From Candidatus Vogelbacteria bacterium (GTDB taxonomy: Bacteria > Patescibacteriota > Minisyncoccia > Phycocordibacterales > XYD1-FULL-46-19): DNA of 64,000 nucleotides. Of this stretch, positions 18,834 to 28,900 are shown one piece after another. The notes under the pieces are model-generated. The model did no database searches. It saw only the letters and a program-made list of their open reading frames with translations, and was not told the DNA's origin. Both the position numbers and the translations under genes were made by a program. The stretch lies in the NCBI GenBank assembly GCA_903864935.1, contig CAIPHT010000017.1:16096-80095 (forward strand), given 5' to 3'. The number at the start of each line of letters is the position of its first letter. The first letter of the stretch is position 1.

Positions 18834-18992
18834 ATGTCACAAGATTTTTTAATCAGATTAAGCTGTAAGACCTGCAAACGCATTAACTATTGGTCCAGCA
18901 AAAACAAGAAAAAAGTTGAGCGCAAGATTGAGCTCAAGAAATATTGTAAGTGGTGCAAAAAGAATACCACACACATCGAAACCAAGAAATAA
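18834..18992 (+). CDS. rpmG: 50S ribosomal protein L33 (zinc-binding type); absent from the ORF track
   Basis: Manual translation MSQDFLIRLSCKTCKRINYWSSKNKKKVERKIELKKYCKWCKKNTTHIETKK, with two CxxC and ELKKYC. Confidence 0.93.
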   Translation: MSQDFLIRLSCKTCKRINYWSSKNKKKVERKIELKKYCKWCKKNTTHIETKK

Positions 18993-19053
18993 GCCTCTTG
19001 GTTTTTTTGTTGCTTGCTTGGTTTTTAGTTTCTAAATAGTTTATACTTATAGA

Positions 19054-20385
19054 GTGGTAAATTATCGTCAAATAATTTATTTCCTTTTGTTAACTTTATT
19101 TTTTCTTTTTAATCCGTCTCCGGCTTTAGCCGATACGGCTTCTTCGCCCAGCTTCAATATGCTCGAAGGGGTGATTGCTCCGGCGGGTTATTCGGCTTCA
19201 AGCAATTTCAAACTAGATGGTCTCATTTCGCAATTTAGCATTGGGCCAAGTCAGGCTGTTGATTTTATCCTGAAGAGTGGTTTACTTTATTTCCCTATTA
19301 TCAGTACCCCTGTCGTTACGGCTTCGGCCGGTCCGGGCAAAGTCTCTCTCTCGTGGACACCGGCCACCGGGCTCCTTGGTTGGCGGGCGGGCGAATATAT
19401 CGTTGGTTGGTCAGACACTTCGGGCGGGCCTTATAATCTTGTTAGCGCGGGGACTGATCTTAGCTACACTAAGGCGGGTCTAGGTAATAATAGCCCTTAT
19501 TATTTTGTGATTAAAGTTAAGGATATGTTGGGTAATGATGTGGCCACTTCTACCGAGGTCTCGGCAACCCCGGTCCCTAATAATGACAATGGGGGAGGCG
19601 GTGGTGGCGGTGGCGGAGGTGGTAGTGGCTCTGGTCGTGTCTCAGGAGCGGGGGCAACATTTAGGGGGCGAGCTTTCCCCAACAGTGACGTGTCGCTCTT
19701 CCGTGATGGACAATTCGTCGCCACCACCAAAGCGGGGCCCGATGCTAATTTTGAAATTTCTGTCGCCAGTCTTGCCGCTGGTCTTTATAATTTTGGTGTG
19801 AATTCGACCGATAATTCTGGCCGGCAATCTTTAATTCAAACTTTCCCCGTGACCTTAACGGAGGGAGCCTCAGTGGTTGTTAGTGGTATTTTCATCGCCC
19901 CGTCAATCTCAGTGGATAAACAGGAGGTGAAGCAGGGTGATAATATTGCCATTTTCGGTCAGAGTATTCCCGATGGCAAAGTGACAATTGCCGTGAATTC
20001 GGAGAAACAAATTTTTGCTCAAGCCTCGACCGACAAATCTGGTGTTTACTTATACAATCTCGATACGGTAGTGTTGGAGATGGGGGGTCACACGGCCAAA
20101 TCTAAGGCGGCCTTGGTCAATGAGGTAAGCCCCTTTGGCCCGACAGCCGGCTTCAAGGTAGGGACGGAGAATATTTTGTTAGATCAAGCAGCGAAGAAAT
20201 GTCCGGCTAAAGGCGACCTGAATGGTGATTGTAAGGTTAATTTGATCGATTTCTCGATTGCTGCTTACTGGTACAAGCGACCACTCTCGGCCACCTTCCT
20301 CGCGCTGGAGAAGACTAAATTAAATGGTGACGGCAAACTCAATCTTACTGACTTCAGTATCATGGCGTATTATTGGTCGAAGTAA
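19054..20385 (+). CDS. Secreted protein with FN3-like and Ig-like domains and a C-terminal dockerin-like domain
   Basis: Signal peptide, FN3-like segment (VSLSWTP...YYFVIKVKD), poly-Gly linker, duplicated EF-hand-like motif GDLNGDCKVNLIDFSI...KLNGDGKLNLTDFSIM. Confidence 0.8.
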   Translation: MVNYRQIIYFLLLTLFFLFNPSPALADTASSPSFNMLEGVIAPAGYSASSNFKLDGLISQFSIGPSQAVDFILKSGLLYFPIISTPVVTASAGPGKVSLSWTPATGLLGWRAGEYIVGWSDTSGGPYNLVSAGTDLSYTKAGLGNNSPYYFVIKVKDMLGNDVATSTEVSATPVPNNDNGGGGGGGGGGGSGSGRVSGAGATFRGRAFPNSDVSLFRDGQFVATTKAGPDANFEISVASLAAGLYNFGVNSTDNSGRQSLIQTFPVTLTEGASVVVSGIFIAPSISVDKQEVKQGDNIAIFGQSIPDGKVTIAVNSEKQIFAQASTDKSGVYLYNLDTVVLEMGGHTAKSKAALVNEVSPFGPTAGFKVGTENILLDQAAKKCPAKGDLNGDCKVNLIDFSIAAYWYKRPLSATFLALEKTKLNGDGKLNLTDFSIMAYYWSK

Positions 20386-20417
20386 TAAAATTAACCTAAT
20401 TACTAAAAAAAATTCCA

Positions 20418-21365
20418 ATGACCCAAATTTCAAAATTTTTTAGACATTGTATTTTTGGCGCTTATTTAGGTCAATTAGAAATTAGAATAATTAGAAATTA
20501 TTTTCTGATCATTGTTTTGTTTTCATTTTTTCTGGCTACCCCCGCTCTTGCCCTAGACATCTTCCTCTTCCCCGCTCAGCCTGAATTAAGCAACGATAGC
20601 CTTGTCGTCTCCTTCGGTCTTGATACTGGCGCGGATAAGATCAATGCCGTTTCGGGCGAATTATCATATGATGTGAGCAAATTAGAACTGGTCACGACTT
20701 CTAATGCCAACTCTTTTATCTCTCTCTGGCTTGAAGCACCCAATACTAAGACGGCTGGCTCGGTTTCTTTCTCGGGTATCGCTCCAGGTGGTTTTGCCGG
20801 ACAGGGGAAAATTATTTCGCTTATTTTCAAATCTAAGACAGGGGAGCATGAGGCCTTAAATTTTGTTCATATTAAAAATGTCGAGATCCTCAAGAACGAC
20901 GGCACCGGTAGTCCTATTGCAACTAAAATTATTTCTCCCAGCGCTAGTTTGATAAGCTCTCTTGATGTATCGAGTGCTTCTGACAATAGCGCGCCCGAAC
21001 TCTTCAAACCAATTTTAAGTAAGAATGATCCGCTTCTTGGCAATCAGTCTTATCTCATCTTCAGCACCACTGATAAGGGTTCAGGTGTGGATAAGTATTT
21101 TGTTGCCGAGACTAAGTCGCGTCTCAATATCCATAATGCCGAGTCTCTCTCCGCTGCCATGTGGCAAGAAGCAGAGAGCCCATATCTCCTGCAAGACCAG
21201 TCTCTCTCGAGTTATGTCTATGTGAAGGCGGTGGATAGGGCTGGTAACGCCCTCGTCGTGGAGCTTGATCAAGGTAAAAATATTTATCAATTCTGGTGGT
21301 TCTGGGTTATAATTATAGTGGCGCTTATTGGCGTATGTCTTTGGTTAAAAAGAAAGTTTTTCTAA
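20418..21365 (+). CDS. Cohesin-like domain protein with C-terminal TM anchor
   Basis: INAVSGELSYD...SFISLWLEAP...GSVSFSGIAPGGFAG...ILKNDGTG, C-terminal WWFWVIIIVALIGVCLWLKRK. Start is uncertain. Confidence 0.7.
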   Translation: MTQISKFFRHCIFGAYLGQLEIRIIRNYFLIIVLFSFFLATPALALDIFLFPAQPELSNDSLVVSFGLDTGADKINAVSGELSYDVSKLELVTTSNANSFISLWLEAPNTKTAGSVSFSGIAPGGFAGQGKIISLIFKSKTGEHEALNFVHIKNVEILKNDGTGSPIATKIISPSASLISSLDVSSASDNSAPELFKPILSKNDPLLGNQSYLIFSTTDKGSGVDKYFVAETKSRLNIHNAESLSAAMWQEAESPYLLQDQSLSSYVYVKAVDRAGNALVVELDQGKNIYQFWWFWVIIIVALIGVCLWLKRKFF

Positions 21366-22723
21366 TAGCTCTGTTTGTCACCTTAGGCCTTTTGGCGTGT
21401 CCGGGGGCTTCTGTGTGGGCCGCCGATTTTGGAATCTCTTCGCCGAAGAATACTTATGAGGTAGGGGAGACAATCCCCATTAAAATTTATGTCGCGAGTC
21501 CCGCCGAGGCCTCCAACGCCGTCTCGGGTGTGGTAAGTTTTCCTAATAATAGATTACAGGCTACCTCTCTGGCCAAGACCGGCTCCGTCGTTAATATGTG
21601 GGTCCAAGAACCAGCCCACTTTAACGCTGACGGCCAAGTTAATTTTGAGGGCGTAATTTTGAACCCGGGGTACAAGGGGAGTGCGGGCACAATTCTAACC
21701 ATTAATTTTAAAGCGCTCACGACCGGTACCGCTAAATTAAGTTTTGCCAACGGTTCTATCTTGGCCAATGATGGTGAGGGGACTAATATTTTGAAAAAAT
21801 TGGGGCAAATTTCTCTCACCATAGTCCCCGCTTCAGGGTTAAAAGTGTCCCCTGTCTCTCCTAATAAAACTGTCTCCAACAAGCCTCTAATAGCGACGAC
21901 TACCCTGCAAATAGACACCACACCACCCGAGCAATTAGCCATCGTTGAGATTGAGTCGACGAATTCTAAGCGTGCCCGTTTCTCTTTCTCGGCGAGCGAT
22001 TATCTCTCTGGCGTTGATTATTATGAGTTCAGTGTTGATGACTTGATCACTGGTCGCTTACCTTATGGCTCGAACGTCTATGAGACTACCGATCAAACTT
22101 CTGGTTCACATCGCCTTAAGATTAGTGTCTTCGACAAGGCGGGTAACGAGACCTCGCAAACAATTAATTTTGAAATCAAGCGAGAGACTTTCTTCGGTCT
22201 TGGGTCAATTTTCTCTGGCAATGGCAGTGTGATTGTGCTTGTTGTGGTGGGTGGCTTAATCTTGCTCTTAATCCTTATTATTTTACTCGTCCTTCTTAAG
22301 AGTCTTCGTCGCTTGTTCGTTCTCGAACGCGAATTAACTCAAGCGAAGACGGGGGCTTCTTCGCCCGTTGTCGCCGAGAGCCCAGCTATCAAGCCATATC
22401 AAGAAGCCTTACCGAGCACAGCCAAAATTCTCTTCCGTGGGCGCTCCGAAGCGACGCAGGCCGTGGTCTTATTGCGCAACGGACAGATTGTGGCTGAGAC
22501 CAAGCCAGGCGCTGATAATATCTTTGAATTTACTTTAGACAATTTGCCGGCCGGCTTCCAACACTTCGCACTTGTCGCGCTCGAGGCCATTGGCAATCCT
22601 ACGCTCACGCAAGATTATCCGGTGATGCTCTCGGCCGGTGCTTCAATTGTTGTCTCAGGTGTCGAGATTAAATTACCAAGTATCCCCAAAAAAGATTTTA
22701 ATTATTCTGAACCTAATGTATAA
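21335..22723 (+). CDS. Cohesin-like domain membrane protein
   Basis: SNAVSGVVSFP...GSVVNMWVQEP...GQVNFEGVILNPGYKG...GSILANDGEG, an Ig-like domain, a TM helix, then a further Ig-like domain. Start taken at ATG 21335. Confidence 0.75.
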   Translation: MSLVKKKVFLIALFVTLGLLACPGASVWAADFGISSPKNTYEVGETIPIKIYVASPAEASNAVSGVVSFPNNRLQATSLAKTGSVVNMWVQEPAHFNADGQVNFEGVILNPGYKGSAGTILTINFKALTTGTAKLSFANGSILANDGEGTNILKKLGQISLTIVPASGLKVSPVSPNKTVSNKPLIATTTLQIDTTPPEQLAIVEIESTNSKRARFSFSASDYLSGVDYYEFSVDDLITGRLPYGSNVYETTDQTSGSHRLKISVFDKAGNETSQTINFEIKRETFFGLGSIFSGNGSVIVLVVVGGLILLLILIILLVLLKSLRRLFVLERELTQAKTGASSPVVAESPAIKPYQEALPSTAKILFRGRSEATQAVVLLRNGQIVAETKPGADNIFEFTLDNLPAGFQHFALVALEAIGNPTLTQDYPVMLSAGASIVVSGVEIKLPSIPKKDFNYSEPNV

Positions 22724-22739
22724 TTGAAGAGAAGATAAA

Positions 22740-22862
22740 AATTAATCTAATTACTAATTTCTAATTAACCTAAAAAAATAACCAATAACCAAAATTTAGA
22801 AATTGGGATTTGGAATTTGTTTAGAAATTAGAGTAATTAGGTCAATTAGAAATTAAGTAATA
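22740..22862. repeat. AT-rich imperfect inverted repeat built from ~7-nt TTAG(A/T)AA-type units
   Basis: ctaattactaatttctaattaaccta...ttaggtcaattagaaattaagtaa, with relatives at 20385-20500 and 14090-14115. Confidence 0.65.
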
Positions 22863-24341
22863 ATGAATTGGAAATTTAAAATTACACTCGTCTTGCTTGC
22901 TGTCATGTTGGCTTCTCCCGCTTTCGCCGCTGATCTTAAAGTTAGCGTTAGCAAGAGCGAAGTTGTCGTGGGCGAATTAATTACGGTGCGCATCATTGTG
23001 AGCACCCCCGATCAGGCGGCCAATGCCCTCTCGGGCGTCCTTAATTTTAATCCGAGCAAATTACAAGTCGTCTCTCTGTCTAAGTCTGGCTCCGTCGTTA
23101 ACCTTTGGGTGACCGAGCCGGATTTTTCTAATGCTAAGGGGCAAGTCTCTTTTGAGGGGGCTATTTTGAACCCCGGCTTCACGGGGAGTGCGGGCACAGC
23201 CCTTACTATCAATTTCAAGGCTAAGGAGACAGGCTCGGCCACCATCTCTTTTGCCAACGGCTCGGTCTTGGCCAATGATGGCTCAGGGACGAGTATTTTA
23301 AACAAACTCGGCCAGGCCATTATCTCTATCAAAGCTTTGGCGCCCAAAGTAGAGCCGGTAGTAGAAGAAGAACCAGTTGTGGCCCCAACTCCCGCCCCTG
23401 AAGTTAAGAAATCAACAACGGTACCGGGAGCTCCAGTTATCTCTTCGACAACTCACTTCGATCAGACTCGGTGGTATAACAATCGTTTCCCTAAATTCTC
23501 TTGGACTCTTCCCGATGATGTCACGGACGTTAGCTTCTTGTTTAATGATGAGAAATTGGCGACACCGGGGACTAAGAGCGATGGCCTCTTTGATGATTAT
23601 ACGGCCGACAACGAGGTGCCAGACGGTGTGTGGTACTTCCACCTTCGCCTCAAGAATAGTAAGGGCTGGGGGCCATCAGCGACCTTCGCTATCCATGTTG
23701 ATGGGACAGTACCGAACCGTTTAGAGGTTGAGGAGAAGAAATTAAGCGATCTTAATTATAAAACCAGTTTTATTTTTGACGGTACCGACGAGCTCTCAGG
23801 TCTCTCTCAATACGAATTTATTATTGATGACCTTAAGCCCGAGATAATACCCGCCGACAAGTCTCATGTCTACGAGACACCAGCGCTCTCTTCTGGCCAT
23901 CACACCTTAGTGGCCCGCGCGGTTGACCAAGCCGGTAACAAATTAGAGAAGAAGATTGAGTTCGAGATAATCTCTCCGCTTACCAAGGCCTCGCTTTATC
24001 GTTGGGGCAATGAACTTGTCATAATTTTGTCAGTCCTTATCCCACTTATTCTCCTCCTTTTAGCTTTAATTTATATTCTCATCATCGGCAGTCGCAAAAT
24101 TGCCAAGCTTAAGCGTAGTCTGCGTCAAGAAGTCAACGAGGTAGAGGAACATTTGCATCAAGCCTTTGACTTCATCCGTGATGATTTGCGTGAGCAAGTG
24201 AAATTGATTGAGAAGACGAAGGGCAAGCGCAAACTTACCTTGCTAGAGAACAAAATTATGCGCAAATTGCGCACCAATCTCACCGAAACCGAGAAATATA
24301 TCAAGAAAGACATTGAAGAAATTACGGAAAAAATCAAGTAA
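22863..24341 (+). CDS. Cohesin-like domain membrane protein with cytoplasmic coiled-coil tail
   Basis: Signal peptide, cohesin-like domain paralogous to the 21335 gene (GSVVNLWVTEP, ILNPGFTGSAG, ANDGSG), Pro linker, Ig-like domains, TM, Lys/Glu-rich tail. Confidence 0.78.
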   Translation: MNWKFKITLVLLAVMLASPAFAADLKVSVSKSEVVVGELITVRIIVSTPDQAANALSGVLNFNPSKLQVVSLSKSGSVVNLWVTEPDFSNAKGQVSFEGAILNPGFTGSAGTALTINFKAKETGSATISFANGSVLANDGSGTSILNKLGQAIISIKALAPKVEPVVEEEPVVAPTPAPEVKKSTTVPGAPVISSTTHFDQTRWYNNRFPKFSWTLPDDVTDVSFLFNDEKLATPGTKSDGLFDDYTADNEVPDGVWYFHLRLKNSKGWGPSATFAIHVDGTVPNRLEVEEKKLSDLNYKTSFIFDGTDELSGLSQYEFIIDDLKPEIIPADKSHVYETPALSSGHHTLVARAVDQAGNKLEKKIEFEIISPLTKASLYRWGNELVIILSVLIPLILLLLALIYILIIGSRKIAKLKRSLRQEVNEVEEHLHQAFDFIRDDLREQVKLIEKTKGKRKLTLLENKIMRKLRTNLTETEKYIKKDIEEITEKIK

Positions 24342-24398
24342 AATTGACCTAAAATTGTTGATTTTTGCCTTTTGATTTGCCAATGTTATAATAGCCCT

Positions 24399-24776
24399 AT
24401 GGCCCCTAAAAAAACTATGACAATTGAAGATTTGGCTAAGTTAATGAAGCAAGGCTTCTCTAAAGCTGATACAGACACCGATAAAAAAATCGATAACTTA
24501 GCTGTTGCAATGCAAAAAGGCTTTGCTAAGGCCGAGAAAGATACCGATAAAAAAATCGATAACTTAGCGGTTATGGTTCAGCAAGGTTTTGAAGAAGTTC
24601 ATGCCGATATTTCCGATCTCAAGACCGACATTTCTCGTTTGGATGGAAGAATGGACAACATTGAGACCCGAATGGATAGCCTCGAACTTAAAATTGATGG
24701 CGTGAGAAGCATCATTGTTGTCGAGCATGGCAAGAGAATTGAGAAGCTCGAAAAGGCAGTTTTTCTTGGCCATTAG
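24399..24776 (+). CDS. Coiled-coil hypothetical protein with a 22-aa tandem repeat
   Basis: TATAAT-agccct-ATG; GF-KA--DTDKKIDNLAV repeated twice. Confidence 0.75.
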   Translation: MAPKKTMTIEDLAKLMKQGFSKADTDTDKKIDNLAVAMQKGFAKAEKDTDKKIDNLAVMVQQGFEEVHADISDLKTDISRLDGRMDNIETRMDSLELKIDGVRSIIVVEHGKRIEKLEKAVFLGH

Positions 24777-24777
24777 A

Positions 24778-24800
24778 ACTTAGAGGCTTCGCCTCTAAGT
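24778..24800. repeat. REP family A copy 1 (ACTTAGAGGC-TTC-GCCTCTAAGT)
   Basis: Perfect 10-bp-arm palindrome; further copies at 25168, 25661 and 25881. Confidence 0.9.
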
Positions 24801-24812
24801 GAAGTTGTTTTT

Positions 24813-25193
24813 ATGAAAATCATAAAAGAAGGGAACGAGCTAGTTCTAAGGCTCCCCTTGTTACAAAAAGAGAATAATTTCTATAAAGGGGAGGAAGATT
24901 TAATTGATACCCAAAACTTAATTGGGGTTGTTTCCGGTAATGAATATACTATTTCTCAATTGAATGATCTTTCTTATAAAGGTGACCAACAAGAAGGTAT
25001 GCCGATTATCTATTTCTCAAGCAAAGAAGAACTAAAAGAAGCTTGTAAAACCTGTGGAATTGACATCTGGGAACACCCACTCTGTGCTTATTGTGGAAAA
25101 GTTATCAGAGGAAGCTCTACTTGGGCGAGCAAAGGTACCCAATGTTGGGATTGTTCTAATTTAGAGAACTTAGAGGCTTCGCCTCTAAGTTGA
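24813..25193 (+). CDS. Hypothetical protein with two CxxC motifs, between two REP-A copies
   Basis: 126-aa ORF with CAYC and CWDC; the C-terminus LEASPLS is encoded by the REP. Confidence 0.65.
   Translation: MKIIKEGNELVLRLPLLQKENNFYKGEEDLIDTQNLIGVVSGNEYTISQLNDLSYKGDQQEGMPIIYFSSKEELKEACKTCGIDIWEHPLCAYCGKVIRGSSTWASKGTQCWDCSNLENLEASPLS
25168..25190. repeat. REP family A copy 2
   Basis: acttagaggcttcgcctctaagt, same orientation as copy 1. Confidence 0.9.
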
Positions 25194-25212
25194 TAAGTAT
25201 AAACAAAAACAA

Positions 25213-25878
25213 ATGGCTCAAAGAAAAGTCGAGTTTGCAATTGGAGAGTACTATCATATCTACAATCGAGGGGTTGAGGGTCGGTGTATTTTTGCTGACC
25301 AGAAAGATCTGGCTCATTTTGCGCAAAGTGTCGAAGAGTTTAATGGAAACAATGTGGTCGGAGGCCTGTATATGGGCTCTTTTAAGAAACACAAAGAGAG
25401 GGGAGAGAAATTGGTAAATATAATTTGTTACGCTTTTAACCCTAATCATTACCACTTTTTAATGACCCCGTTGGTTGATAAAGGGATAGAAAATTTTATG
25501 CAAAGGCTTGGTACGGGTCACGCTATGTTTTTTAATAATCAACACAAAAGGAAGGGCCGATTGTTTCAAGGGGTTTTCAAATCTGTTCATGTTGGTTCAA
25601 ATAGACAGCTTTTGCATGCGAGTGTTTATGTTAATCTTAACGATAAAATCCACCAAATCGGAGGCGAAGCCTCTAAGTTGGTAAAGACAAGTTGGGGTAG
25701 TTATTCTTCGAATTCTTCAAAAAAGAGAGACTTTTTGCTTGGTGACACCAGTATTATTACCGATCAATTTAAAAATTTTCAAGAATATAAAAAATTTGCT
25801 GAAGAAATTTTGCCTGATATTATTGCCCGCAAAAAATCTCTAAAAGAGCTTGAAGAATTGATGTTGGATGAGAATTAA
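25213..25878 (+). mobile_element. REP-associated tyrosine transposase (RAYT/TnpA-REP, IS200-like Y1 HUH), copy 1
   Basis: YYHIYNRG, ICYAFNPNHYHFL (HUH), RKGRLFQGVFKS, YVNLN; flanked by REP-A copies in opposite orientations. Confidence 0.88.
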
Positions 25879-25880
25879 TC

Positions 25881-25903
25881 ACTTAGAGGCGAAGCCTCTA
25901 AGT
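25881..25903. repeat. REP family A copy 4 (inverted orientation, loop GAA)
   Basis: acttagaggcgaagcctctaagt two bases after the RAYT stop; a partial copy lies inside the gene at 25661-25679. Confidence 0.9.
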
Positions 25904-25982
25904 TGTAGAAATTTCCCCCTGACTTATCCACTTTTTTATCGCTAAATATAGCGATTTTTTTGGTATAATATAAGCAAACTTT

Positions 25983-28900
25983 ATGTTTTCTGTTTGGCAA
26001 AATTTCGTGAGTAGAAAAGGCTTTTTTGGCGTTCTTTTTTTGATTGTTTTTTCTTTTATTTTGACGCCAACTTTTTCGGCTTTTGCCGTCACCGGTGTCC
26101 CGGCCACCATGAGCTATCAGGGTCGCTTGGCGAACTCAGCCGGTGATCTTGTTGGTGGTGCCGGTGCCATCTATTCTTTCAAATTTTCTCTCTGGGACAA
26201 TGCGACCGTTGGTGCGGGTTCGCAAGTTTGGCCAGCGGGCGCGCCCACCGCTGTCAATGCTACCGTCCGTCAAGGTCTCTTCAACGTCAACATTGGCGAC
26301 ACCGGGAGTGGTTATCCCGATGCTCTCAATTACGACTTCAGTCAGAACAACAAAATTTATTTGCAGGTTGAAGTCTCTTCCGACGGTCTTACTTACGAGA
26401 CTCTTGGTCCTCGTCAACCCATCACCAGTGCGCCCTTCGCTCAAGTCGCGGGTCAAGTCTCTGGCTCTGCTGTCTCCACTATGGGTGGTCTTGTCGTTAA
26501 CGGCGGGGTCACTAGCACCCACTCCACCACCACCGGCTCGGGCTACTTCGGCACCGCTTTAGGCCTCGCCGGTCAGTATATTAATTCTTGGTCTGACCTC
26601 GCCACTTATCTCCCCGTTGTTGTTGGTTGGAGCACCAGCTCTGATAGCACCAACTTCGCCACTCTCCTCGCTGGTACGACGACGGATGCTCTTGCTGAAG
26701 GTGTCAATCACAAGTATTACAGCAACGTCTACGTCGCTGATTATATTTCTTCCTCCTCCACCCTTGCCTCCTCGTTAAATTATTGGGCCAAGTCGGGGAG
26801 CGATCTTAGTTACACTGCGGGGAATGTTGGTGTCGGGATGAGCCCTGTCTACAAGCTTGATGTCAATGGCGCGATAAGGGCTAATGGTAGCAATATTATT
26901 GCTGGAGGCGGTTCGGTGTTTGGTTGGATTTTTGGTTCGAACGGTTTATCTAATGTTGACACTACCTTAAACACCTCGGCCGGTTACAATATTTTATTTA
27001 AAAATGGTACATCCGAGCAAATGAGAATCTCTTCAGGGGGTCTTGTTGGTATCGGCACCACCACCCCTACACAAAGACTCGACGTCCTCGGCAACATCCA
27101 AGTCAACGGCACCTCCTCCTACATGATCAATGGCGTCAACCTTGCTTTTGGTTCAACCACAAAACAAAATTATTTCTTCGGTGCGGCGGGCAATAGTAAT
27201 ATCACTGGGAGTTATAACACCGGTGTCGGCAAGGGCGCGCTCGTCACCACCACTTCGGGCGGTTACAATACGGCCGTTGGGCGTCAATCTCTCTACCTTA
27301 ATACTATCGGTTCATCAAACACGGCTTTGGGTAATAACGCTCTACAATCTGTCTCGGCAGGTGATGGCAATGTCGGCCTTGGTGCTGATGCTGGTCAATA
27401 CGAGCTCGGTTCTAACTCTTTCTACCTCAATAATATTGATCAGAACGATACCGCCGGCGACAAGGCCTACTCCTTATTGTATGGCAAATTCTCTGGTGTG
27501 GCCGGTTCGCTCACCAACCAATTCCTCACCGTCAACGGCAAACTTAATATCGGTACCACTACCATGGCCTCGACCTTCAACATTCAAGGTATCTCCGGTG
27601 TCTCGGCCTTAAATATTGCCTCATCAACTGGAGCTCCGATGTTCACGGTGGCAAGCAATGGCAACGTCGGTATCGGGACCAATGCGCCAGCGTATCCTTT
27701 GGACGTAAACGGGAATGCTAAAGTTAATGGAGTTTTGACCGTATTGAATGGCACTTCTTATGGTATTCTTGCGGGACTTTCAAAATTGAATTTGTATGAT
27801 AATGCCGGGAATGCCTCATATCAAAATAGTTATACTGGAGGTTGGGGTTTTGGAATTGGGAATATCTCGCCTACCTATACTTTAGACGTTAAAGGAAGTG
27901 GAGCTGCTGGTGGTATCTTTAATGTCGCTTCGTCGTCAGGAGTAAGTGCTTTGATGGTTTCGAATAATGGCAACGTCGGCATTGGCACAAACGCACCATC
28001 TACTGGGTTACATCTTTATGATAATACAAGCACTGCTAATAAAGCTCTTATGAGATTAGAGACTACGGCTGGAAGTGGTCAGAATGCTGGAATAAGAATG
28101 ATTGGCGGGGCTAGCAATGCAGATTGGATGATTGGTACTAATAGAGCCGATTTAGCTGGTGCAGGAGACAGCCTATTATTTTATAAAAGTTTAGGCACAG
28201 CCGGAACTAAAATGGTGATCCAAGATAACGGCAACGTCGGTATTGGCACCACTTCGCCCGCAACAGCCTTACATGTTTATGGCGCAACACCAGAGATTAG
28301 GTTAGATGCGAGTGGTAGCGTCAATGCTCAATATACTTTAAATCAAAACAATGTTAAATATGGTTTATTGGGTCTATCGCTAGCCACTGATCAGCTTGCT
28401 CTTGGGTCAGCTGTCGGTGACGTTGTCCTTAGAGCTAACGCTGGTCAGAAACTTATGTTAAGCGCCAACGGTTCAGGCGCAAGCTCGACCATGACTTTAT
28501 TGAATGGTCTTGTTGGGATTGGCACCACCACCCCAAGCTCCTTGCTTCATCTCTATGGCAGTAGCGCCAACCCTTTGATTCTTGAGAGAAATAGCAGCCT
28601 TGCTAATGTTGGAATTCAATTCAAAGATACTTCGGGCTCTTGGTATGCTGGTAAGGGTACTGGGACGGGGAATTTTGCTATTGGTACTGATGCTAATCTT
28701 GGGGCCAGCACAATTTTTAATATTCAATCGAATGGTAACGTTGGTATTGGGACTTCTTCACCAGCTAACCCTTTGACCGTTGCGGATAAAGCTCAGATCG
28801 GAACATCTATTACAAACACCTCTCAGTCCGCCTCACTTGTTGTCCAAGGCACGGCTTCAAGAGCAGCCATGTATATTCAGGGTGATGCTTCGCGTTCAGC

